From: a virus
Lineage: Duplodnaviria; Caudoviricetes
Virus record (IMG/VR): IMGVR_UViG_3300021255_002694
Direction: 5' to 3' (one strand)
DNA: 64,000 nucleotides
Below, in pieces: positions 56,489 to 64,000 of this stretch; position 1 is the stretch's first letter; every line of letters begins with the position of its first letter. Below the pieces are notes generated by a model. It made no database searches and was not told the DNA's origin. It worked only from the letters and a program-made list of their open reading frames with translations. The translations under genes were made by a program, and so were the position numbers.

Positions 56489-56688
56489 TCACATTGAATG
56501 GAGAGTCAAATTCAAGATGGATTCTAAATCAGAATATATGTGATTTACTTGTCAAAATTCAAAAAGATGGGTGTGGATGCATTTTGAAAGCACTTGATAC
56601 AAGAAAACATGCCGCCGAACGGTGTGCTATTTATGACGGCGACTGCGATAAATGCATCAGAACATGGATAAATGAGCCGAGAAAGTGA
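56485..56688 (+). CDS. Small Cys-rich hypothetical protein
   Basis: C.....C..CI..W motif. Confidence 0.55.
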   Translation: MITLNGESNSRWILNQNICDLLVKIQKDGCGCILKALDTRKHAAERCAIYDGDCDKCIRTWINEPRK

Positions 56689-56703
56689 GGATTTTATATA
56701 ATC

Positions 56704-57729
56704 ATGTCAACATTAGCTGTTAAATACAGACCTCAAACATTTGATGATGTTGTTGAGCAGAATGTTATTAAAGCTATTTTAACAAATCAGATTTCTAGCG
56801 GAAATGTTAAGAATTGTTATTTATTCTGCGGTCCAGCCGGATGCGGAAAAACGACGTCTGCGAGGTTATTTGCAAAGAAGTTAAATGGTTCTAAGGATAA
56901 TATTATTGAACTTGATGCCGCTTCACACAGCGGAGTTGATAATTTCCGTGAACTACTAGAACAATCAAAACTGAAACCTATTGGAACACCTTATAGAATA
57001 TTTATCATAGATGAGTGTCACTCGTTAAGTTCTGCTGCATGGGAAGCGGCTTTGAAGAATTTTGAAGAACCAACTCCAACAAGTATTTTTATTCTATGTA
57101 CAACTGATCCACAAAAGATCAAAGGAACAATTCTTTCAAGATCACAGCGTTATGATTTTCAAAGAATTTCACATGCTGGTATTGTGAATAGGTTAAAGCA
57201 TATTATCGAATGTGAAAATAGCGAAGGATGTAATTATACATATGATGATGACGGACTTGATTATATTGCAAAACTAGCTGATGGCGGAATGCGAGATGCA
57301 ATAACAAGACTAGAAAAAGTTTTAGGTTTTTCGAGTCATGCTGATATTGAATCTGTATCAAAAGCACTTGGATGTGCTGATTATCAAACAATGTTTGAAT
57401 TGACTGAGGCTGTATGTAAAATGGATAAAAAATCCGTTATTCAGATAATTGAAACAGCATATGGTAATGGAGTTGATCTGAAACAGTTTATCAAGGATTA
57501 CAATAATTTTATTCTTGATTTAACTGTTTATGATATAACAAATACATTTGATTATATAAAAATTCCAAAGACTTATGATAAGGCAGTAAAATCTTTTAGC
57601 CGTCAAGATTTTGATTATTTCACAACACTATTAAACGAGATGATCAATCTTAATTCTGCTATTAAGTGGGAAACAATGCCGAAACCTGTTATCATCTCAA
57701 CATTTATACTTCTATGCACGGAGGCTTAA
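56704..57729 (+). CDS. dnaX: Clamp loader gamma/tau subunit
   Basis: LAVKYRPQTFDDVV.Q, GPAGCGKTT, ELDAAS, IIDECH, TILSR and GGMRDA motifs. Confidence 0.95.
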   Translation: MSTLAVKYRPQTFDDVVEQNVIKAILTNQISSGNVKNCYLFCGPAGCGKTTSARLFAKKLNGSKDNIIELDAASHSGVDNFRELLEQSKLKPIGTPYRIFIIDECHSLSSAAWEAALKNFEEPTPTSIFILCTTDPQKIKGTILSRSQRYDFQRISHAGIVNRLKHIIECENSEGCNYTYDDDGLDYIAKLADGGMRDAITRLEKVLGFSSHADIESVSKALGCADYQTMFELTEAVCKMDKKSVIQIIETAYGNGVDLKQFIKDYNNFILDLTVYDITNTFDYIKIPKTYDKAVKSFSRQDFDYFTTLLNEMINLNSAIKWETMPKPVIISTFILLCTEA

Positions 57730-57730
57730 A

Positions 57731-58582
57731 ATGTATATCTGTGGTCAGAAAAAATTATTATCAGAGGTAGATAATTTAATTGATAATAAAAAATTTCCAA
57801 GATTTTCAATAATTGTTGGTGGATATGGTTTTGGTAAGAAACTGATCTCTGACTACATTGCTCGTAGAATAGGTGCAAACTTTGTACCATGTGGAACAAA
57901 GGCAGAAGAAGTTAGAGATGTTATATATAATTCGTATACTTCAACAGAAAAGATATTATATGCATTTTTTGACTGTGATGATATATCTGCAACATCTAAA
58001 AACGCTTTGCTGAAAGTAACGGAAGAACCGCCGAACGATGCATACTTTATAATGACAGTTCAAGATACATCAAATGTACTTGGAACTATTATAAGCAGAG
58101 CAAGTGTTTTCTACATGAATCCATACACAGTTGATGATATAGCTGAATACACAAAGCATTCCGGAATTTCATTTGATGATGATGTGTCTAGGGTTGTGAA
58201 TCAAATATGTATCTGTCCTAATGATGTTCGGATTGCAAGTTCATCGGATATTAAAGCCGTTTATGATACAGCGGATAAATTTATTCAATATATCGGTGCT
58301 GTAAATCTTGCAAATGAACTTAAAATACCTCAGTCACTAGACATTAAAATGGATAACAGCGAAAAAATTAACACAGTAATGTTTATGCGTTGTATTCTTT
58401 TATGCTGTGCTGACATGATCTCACAAGAAATATCAAAAGATGATGTTTGCGTGTTCAGCAAGATTATAAGTGAGACAAGTAAAGCACTACATGAATATCA
58501 ATCTAAAGGAAGTAATAAGCAAGCTGTTATTGATAACTGGATTGTCAAAACGCACATGTCTGTATCTGGGGGTGTTTTCTAA
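57731..58582 (+). CDS. holB: Clamp loader delta-prime subunit
   Basis: ICGQ, degenerate Walker A G..G.GK, NALLKVTEEPP and L.TI.SR motifs. Confidence 0.85.
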   Translation: MYICGQKKLLSEVDNLIDNKKFPRFSIIVGGYGFGKKLISDYIARRIGANFVPCGTKAEEVRDVIYNSYTSTEKILYAFFDCDDISATSKNALLKVTEEPPNDAYFIMTVQDTSNVLGTIISRASVFYMNPYTVDDIAEYTKHSGISFDDDVSRVVNQICICPNDVRIASSSDIKAVYDTADKFIQYIGAVNLANELKIPQSLDIKMDNSEKINTVMFMRCILLCCADMISQEISKDDVCVFSKIISETSKALHEYQSKGSNKQAVIDNWIVKTHMSVSGGVF

Positions 58583-59530
58583 TTGAATATTGTTGAATTG
58601 AAAAAATCTCTTGATTCAGGCAAAGTGGAAAATCTCTATATACTGACCGGAGATGAATACACAATATTGAATATTTATATTGATAAGATTTGTAGGTTAT
58701 CCGACGCTGATAGAAAGAAATCAGATAATGTTCTATCTGTATATAAAGGTTTAGGCTCTCGATCACTTCTATCAACGGATAAACAAGTATATGTTGTCCG
58801 TGATGATAAGGAATTTTTGTCAAGTGAGTCATTGTGGTCTGATATTGAAAAGAAACTTGCAGTCAGGGGTGCAATACTTGTACTTAAATACAGTTCTATT
58901 GATACTAGATCAAAATTCTATAAGAAGTTTTCAGATCATATAACTGTGTTTGATAGACTGTCAGACAATGTTCTTCTAAAGTATATCTTCAATGACATAA
59001 ATCTATCTAAAGATAATGCCCAATATTTAATTGATATATGCAATAAGGACTATGGTAGAATATTACTTGAAATTGATAAATTGAATAATTTGTCAAAGCA
59101 TTATAATATATCTCCAAACGATGCTTTTAAGATGTGTTTGAGCGCAAATGCAATATACATTGAACCAGATGGTCAAGTATTTGATCTTGTTGATGCTATA
59201 TTAACAAGAAATTATCGTGCTGTATACCCCAAACTAAGTGAGTCACGTAGGCGCGGCGATAATGAACTTTATATACTCTCTGTTTTACATAATAACGTAA
59301 AAAACATTCTTCAAATTCAGACATTCGGGAACTCAGATAATAAGAAACTAATGCAAGCAACAGGACTAACACAATTTCAGATAAACACATGTTCAAAATA
59401 CTTAAATAGATATACGTGCGAAGAACTTGTAAGATTTATGAAGTATATAAGATATTGCGATAAATCAGTAAAAGATGGAACAATGCAACCGGATTTTGCG
59501 GTTGACTATCTGCTTGTTAATGTTTTGTGA
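58583..59530 (+). CDS. holA: Clamp loader delta subunit
   Basis: LYILTGDEY, EIDKL, VFDLVDAI and D..VK.G motifs. Confidence 0.85.
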   Translation: MNIVELKKSLDSGKVENLYILTGDEYTILNIYIDKICRLSDADRKKSDNVLSVYKGLGSRSLLSTDKQVYVVRDDKEFLSSESLWSDIEKKLAVRGAILVLKYSSIDTRSKFYKKFSDHITVFDRLSDNVLLKYIFNDINLSKDNAQYLIDICNKDYGRILLEIDKLNNLSKHYNISPNDAFKMCLSANAIYIEPDGQVFDLVDAILTRNYRAVYPKLSESRRRGDNELYILSVLHNNVKNILQIQTFGNSDNKKLMQATGLTQFQINTCSKYLNRYTCEELVRFMKYIRYCDKSVKDGTMQPDFAVDYLLVNVL

Positions 59531-59539
59531 GGTGTTTTT

Positions 59540-59728
59540 ATGAGTAAACCTGAAATACTTGATAACGAGAATGAGCGAATATTTTGCAATAGATGTGGGC
59601 GACCACTGAAAGGCAAGCGTAGCCGTGAACTTGGATATGGACCTAGTTGTTATGTGCTATGGAAAAAAGAACGCTCCCAACAGAAGAACCTATTAGACGG
59701 TGATGGTGATAAGGAGTGTTCAAAATGA
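59540..59728 (+). CDS. DUF6011-like zinc-finger protein
   Basis: C.RCGRPL....S...GYGP.C motif. Confidence 0.75.
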   Translation: MSKPEILDNENERIFCNRCGRPLKGKRSRELGYGPSCYVLWKKERSQQKNLLDGDGDKECSK

Positions 59729-60459
59729 CAGGAGAGACAAAATCAACAAGAAATAAGTCAATCCTAGAAATGGAAGATAGACTAAACTATCTTGTGAAGA
59801 ACGATATTCAAAATGAAGAAATATATGTTATACTAAAAAACATGGCAAATATCTACATAAACCAGAATAAGTTTTTCTGTGGATACTACGGAGTAGAGGA
59901 AGTTTGTCATGATGTAGCGGCTGATCTTTGGATTCGTGTTATAAATGGTGCAACTGTAAATTCATGGATGTACTACATCGGAAAGATGATTAAGCTATCC
60001 TATGTTACAAACCAGAAAAATATTGAACACGAAGTAATAGATGTTCAGGATGATCCTGAATTGAGTGAAAGTATAAAACGAATGTGTGCTTCAAGTTCTC
60101 TATCAAATGTGAAAGATTTTGATGATATGGAACGAAACTTAATGCTTGATAATATTCCAAGTATGATCAGAGATGTAATGAATCATACTAAATTCAAGCC
60201 AAAGACAAAAGAGTTTGTAGCTGTATACAATAATGTATGTTTCAATCTGTATAATGACTTAAATAACAAAGACTATAAATACTTTAGAATTCCGGATGTT
60301 TTACATCCATACGTAAGCATTATAATAGAGCAGTTCAAAAAGGAATTTAGAAACTCTGGTTTCACTGATTCTATTTCAGATAATGTTGAAAATGATCTTG
60401 AGATGCAACTTGTAACAAACGAAGTCTTTATGAAAGAGAACAGCAAAAATAAGGCATAA
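59725..60459 (+). CDS. Possible sigma-factor-like protein
   Basis: EEVCHDVAADLW.....SW.YYI..M resembles sigma region 2; the match is weak. Confidence 0.35.
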   Translation: MTGETKSTRNKSILEMEDRLNYLVKNDIQNEEIYVILKNMANIYINQNKFFCGYYGVEEVCHDVAADLWIRVINGATVNSWMYYIGKMIKLSYVTNQKNIEHEVIDVQDDPELSESIKRMCASSSLSNVKDFDDMERNLMLDNIPSMIRDVMNHTKFKPKTKEFVAVYNNVCFNLYNDLNNKDYKYFRIPDVLHPYVSIIIEQFKKEFRNSGFTDSISDNVENDLEMQLVTNEVFMKENSKNKA

Positions 60460-60474
60460 GCGAGGTAGATTTCT

Positions 60475-60858
60475 GTGGCAGATAATTTTAACGATATAGT
60501 TTCAAATTTGAATAAACAGGATGTTTTTTCAATACTGTGTAGTTTTCTGTATGATCTGAAAGAAGTTCCTGAATACTCAACTCTATCAGAACTTTGTTAT
60601 GTTCTTGATGTTGAATCGTTCATGCACCTTATAAATTACTTTGCCGGAAGAACGATAAAGATTCCGGATAAAAAAGAACTTGCTGATCTAGTTCAGGTAT
60701 TACTTCTTTTCCAGTATTACGAAATCGAAAAAAGACCGTGGAAAGATGCTGTCCTGTTAGCCGGATTTCCACCATCAAAGGGAAAGTTTGCAAAAAATCA
60801 ATTAGGCAGACTGAAAGAGACACTTAAAAAGTATAATTTTGGTAATAGAACATACTAA
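60475..60858 (+). CDS. Mor-like transcription activator
   Basis: LINYFAGRTIKIP resembles the Mor fGG..iYiP motif. Confidence 0.5.
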   Translation: MADNFNDIVSNLNKQDVFSILCSFLYDLKEVPEYSTLSELCYVLDVESFMHLINYFAGRTIKIPDKKELADLVQVLLLFQYYEIEKRPWKDAVLLAGFPPSKGKFAKNQLGRLKETLKKYNFGNRTY

Positions 60859-60872
60859 AGGGGTGTATTCGA

Positions 60873-61142
60873 TTGAGTGCTATTATTGACGGTTGTATTG
60901 ATATATTAAAAGTTGTAAACGATACACGAACACCTGAACAGATATTTGATGATTATGCGAAAGAGAAGATGATGAAAGTTTATTATTCAGAGGATTCTGA
61001 ATATAACTCACTATTATCAAAACTTGAGGCAAATATAAATTCACTTGAATATAATCAAGTAAAGGTATGTATCACAAAGATACTTAGACTACTTAACAGA
61101 AATGGACAAATCCTACTCCATAATTTAGAAAGGTTAGGTTGA
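60873..61142 (+). CDS. Hypothetical protein
   Basis: ORF in operon. Confidence 0.55.
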   Translation: MSAIIDGCIDILKVVNDTRTPEQIFDDYAKEKMMKVYYSEDSEYNSLLSKLEANINSLEYNQVKVCITKILRLLNRNGQILLHNLERLG

Positions 61143-61149
61143 TTGATTT

Positions 61150-61587
61150 ATGGCAAGATCAAAAAGAAGTTTATCTTCATCCGAAGCCAAAGAAATTGCA
61201 AAGGAAATGCAACTACTGTTTGATACAAAGTACAGAGATAACTTAAATTTTATGCGATTGCTTGAAATGTTACTTATTCAGAGAGTTGTTGAACAAACAT
61301 GTGATTTTGATGAGGACACACCGATATACTCAATGGCAACAAGCATTGAAATACCGCTTATTGGTGACTTGAAGATTATTCCAAGTATCTTTCATGAAGT
61401 ACACGGAACAACGAAGAAACCTTCATATCATTTTTCATTTGAGTTCACACCAAGTTCATCATTTAAGACTGATCTAATTCAAGCATATACTACAAAAGAT
61501 TCAGATATTCCAGAATATTTTTCATCTATGTATGGTGAACAACTTAAAAAGATATACAATGATATGAGGGGCGGTGAGGACAGATGA
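61150..61587 (+). CDS. HU/IHF-like DNA-binding protein
   Basis: IEIP.IG.L.I...F.F.PSSSFK..L resembles the HU beta-arm and C-terminal helix. Confidence 0.45.
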   Translation: MARSKRSLSSSEAKEIAKEMQLLFDTKYRDNLNFMRLLEMLLIQRVVEQTCDFDEDTPIYSMATSIEIPLIGDLKIIPSIFHEVHGTTKKPSYHFSFEFTPSSSFKTDLIQAYTTKDSDIPEYFSSMYGEQLKKIYNDMRGGEDR

Positions 61588-62114
61588 GCGAGACTACAGA
61601 TACTAAAAAAGAGTTGAAATTAGGTGATTCTCAATCATCGAACTACGCCTTAATGAAATTGCTTGCAGACAATGACAGTACATCACCAATAGAAGTTGAC
61701 AGCAATGAAATGATGAATAAGACAAAGATGTTTCTCGTTGTATTTGCAAGAAATCAGCTAAATAGAATTATATATTTAACTAATTTTTTAGAGAGACTTG
61801 AATCTAAATTCATAGAGAGTGTTGATGAAGTTCTTGATACTGAACAAGATGCAATTCGTAAGATTGCAATGATCTCACAGGCAATGGAAACATTGTCAAA
61901 ATGTGTTGATAATGCAAATTCAACTGTTTTTCAGGTATTGAAAGATGATAAATTTAACAACATTACAATAAATACAACCAATATTATTACTCCTGATGGA
62001 AATTCTGCAACTATAATTGATGCAGATTCTCGTGATGAGGTTAGAAACCTTGCCGCAAGTCTGCTCGAACAGCTTTCAAAGATGGCTGTTGCAGAAAACG
62101 ATAAACAGGAGTGA
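61584..62114 (+). CDS. Helical protein, possibly a terminase small subunit
   Basis: Coiled coil followed by an NNITINTTNII beta-tail; weak inference. Confidence 0.35.
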   Translation: MSETTDTKKELKLGDSQSSNYALMKLLADNDSTSPIEVDSNEMMNKTKMFLVVFARNQLNRIIYLTNFLERLESKFIESVDEVLDTEQDAIRKIAMISQAMETLSKCVDNANSTVFQVLKDDKFNNITINTTNIITPDGNSATIIDADSRDEVRNLAASLLEQLSKMAVAENDKQE

Positions 62115-62120
62115 TAATAA

Positions 62121-62645
62121 ATGTTCGATGTATTCAATAAATTACATGATAATCGACAAAGTGACAGCGTACCGTATTTTTCATTCTATGATCTTGATGA
62201 TAACTTATTGCTTGGAAATATAAGTGTATCAATAGATGATAATGGTCAGTTTGATGCAATTACTGTAACTGATCCTGAAAGCGGTGAAGTAACAACATTT
62301 AGTAAAGATCAGTACACATACACAACCGAATGCTTGTATGTTTTAGGAATTGGGTTCTTACTTCCTGGCGACATTGTTAAATTGCATATAACAGATGACA
62401 AGGAATATGAGTTGCATTTTGGATGGCATACAAACATATCATCACAGACAATTTATTCATGGTATCTTGTAAGACATGATATTCAGGATTACTTCTATAA
62501 TGAAAGAAACGGTATTTTTCAATCAGTTGATCTTGTTGAAATGAATATGGAAAATAATGAAATTTTAACATTTTATAAGGAATTTCTTGAAACTATAGAA
62601 GTAGTGCAGTTTAGGAAAGATAGAGTGTCTTTTAACAAGATTTAA
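62121..62645 (+). CDS. Hypothetical protein
   Basis: GGAGTG RBS; no motif recognised. Confidence 0.6.
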   Translation: MFDVFNKLHDNRQSDSVPYFSFYDLDDNLLLGNISVSIDDNGQFDAITVTDPESGEVTTFSKDQYTYTTECLYVLGIGFLLPGDIVKLHITDDKEYELHFGWHTNISSQTIYSWYLVRHDIQDYFYNERNGIFQSVDLVEMNMENNEILTFYKEFLETIEVVQFRKDRVSFNKI

Positions 62646-62659
62646 CGGCGGTGATAATA

Positions 62660-64000
62660 TTGGCGAAACAAAGAACAAAGCCCATTGTTATACCTGATAG
62701 CATTCCAGATGATTTGAAAGAAGCAATACTTGGTAGTAAATATCCACATGTTGCTAGAGTTGCTGATCCACTATTGGTTAGAGTTGATCAGTTATCTCTT
62801 ATGGTTGCTGATGTAGTTTATCATGCTAGAATTAAACTAGGTCTTGGCGGCAAGGGCTTTTACATATATGCATCCGGACTTGGTACGGCAATATATGAAA
62901 ACATGTTTATGCATGATAAGAATGACGTAAAATTTAACGCTGAGTTTGGTGTTAGTTCTAATGACACAGATGAAAGTATACTATCAAAGATTGCAGAAAA
63001 AGCAGAAGATTGGTTAGACGCACTAGAAGTTGCAATAGCATCTAAACAGAGTGATAATCCGATAAAGAAAGCAATAGATCGTATGTGTTGGCAACTTCAT
63101 TATGATATAACAGAGTCACATGCTAATTTCCCTGTAATGTTTAAGTCAGACGATTTCTCAGATGTTAAAATTGACAGATATCCATTAGAAACCGAGTGGT
63201 GGGATGGTTGCACTTTAAAATCATCTATAAGCAATATTGCAGGAGTTACGTACAGGGATGATACAGTAACCGATCCTACAACGCATGAAACCATACATAA
63301 AATAGTTGTAGATAATAAAGGATATCTGAATGATTCAGCACAAAACTTGAAAAAATTGGATGATCACCTAAATGCTGGTGCATATAGTGATACAGAAGGT
63401 TCTATAAAGAAACTTGATGATCATTTTAACAACTCACAGACTGGCTCTATTACAAAAATGACATCTGCAATAGGAACATTTGACACTAATGCAACAACTA
63501 AGTTAGGAAGTATTGCAACTAAACTTGTTCCAGACGGTAACGATTATTATTCTATATCAGAATGTCTTAGAGATAAGCAAGCAATTAACGGAAAAACGAC
63601 ATTCTCTATTGCAAGATCACTTAGAGAGGGTAGTGAAGATTCCGTATCACAGGCTACATATGATCAAACACAACTTGAATCTCAGCGGTTCACGAACATT
63701 GATAATACACTTGGAACTCCAAGTGATTCAACAGCAAGTACAATATTTGGCTCTATAAGTTCAAATTCTTCTACTATAAATGGTAATATTTCTGATGCAC
63801 AGACAGCACTATCCGGAGATATTTCCGGTGCTGAAAGCAGTATAAATGGTAATATATCTGGTGTAAACGACACAGTAGGAGACATAAATAGAAACCTAGG
63901 AACAAAAGTTCTTGGTGATATTGGAGGAAATGTAAGCACAAAGACAGCTATGGATGTTTTAGCAGATATGCACTCTGCGCTGTTTGGTCATGAGTGTAAT
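62660..64000 (+). CDS. Partial fibrous/structural protein running off the window end (not in the ORF track)
   Basis: TTG start after GGTGA; the frame is open to the end (MAKQRTKPIVIPDSIPDDLKEAIL...), with KKLDDH and SINGNIS repeats. Confidence 0.7.
   Translation, partial: MAKQRTKPIVIPDSIPDDLKEAILGSKYPHVARVADPLLVRVDQLSLMVADVVYHARIKLGLGGKGFYIYASGLGTAIYENMFMHDKNDVKFNAEFGVSSNDTDESILSKIAEKAEDWLDALEVAIASKQSDNPIKKAIDRMCWQLHYDITESHANFPVMFKSDDFSDVKIDRYPLETEWWDGCTLKSSISNIAGVTYRDDTVTDPTTHETIHKIVVDNKGYLNDSAQNLKKLDDHLNAGAYSDTEGSIKKLDDHFNNSQTGSITKMTSAIGTFDTNATTKLGSIATKLVPDGNDYYSISECLRDKQAINGKTTFSIARSLREGSEDSVSQATYDQTQLESQRFTNIDNTLGTPSDSTASTIFGSISSNSSTINGNISDAQTALSGDISGAESSINGNISGVNDTVGDINRNLGTKVLGDIGGNVSTKTAMDVLADMHSALFGHECN

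Overview
This window is an internal segment of a large, AT-rich myovirus-type (contractile-tail) phage genome. Essentially all genes are on the + strand and use genetic code 11. The host is probably a Firmicute/Clostridia, inferred from RecU, consensus sigmaA promoters with extended -10 and GGTGA/GAAAGTGAGG-type RBSs. Layout: (1) 1-22.4 kb is the tail module (sheath, tube, chaperone with a probable +1 frameshift, tape measure, baseplate, fibres). (2) 22.5-22.7 kb is a candidate replication origin. (3) 22.8-45.2 kb covers replication and recombination: SNF2 helicase, initiator, DnaC-like loader, DnaB, primase, SSB, a family A DNA polymerase split by both an intein and a group I intron, beta clamp, Cas4-like nuclease, RecU, RecA, and UvrD with a mini-intein. 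(4) 46.8-50.8 kb holds 16 near-canonical tRNAs plus one remodelled tRNA, interleaved with many unannotated structured RNAs. (5) 51.9-56.0 kb is a two-gene adhesin-like cassette. (6) 56.1-64 kb has a complete DnaX/HolB/HolA clamp loader, putative transcription factors and a partial fibrous protein. The strongest novelty candidate is in the RNA cluster: four copies of a covarying ~60-nt scaffold (A-tract plus U-rich internal loop, pseudoknot/triple-helix-like). Three copies are preceded by a variable segment antisense to a Shine-Dalgarno plus AUG-UCA start, which suggests a modular guide+scaffold translational-silencing RNA family. The cluster also contains several tRNA-like and other RNAs built around complementary kissing loops. 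All protein and RNA assignments were made by eye from motifs and base-pairing; no database searches or folding programs were run.
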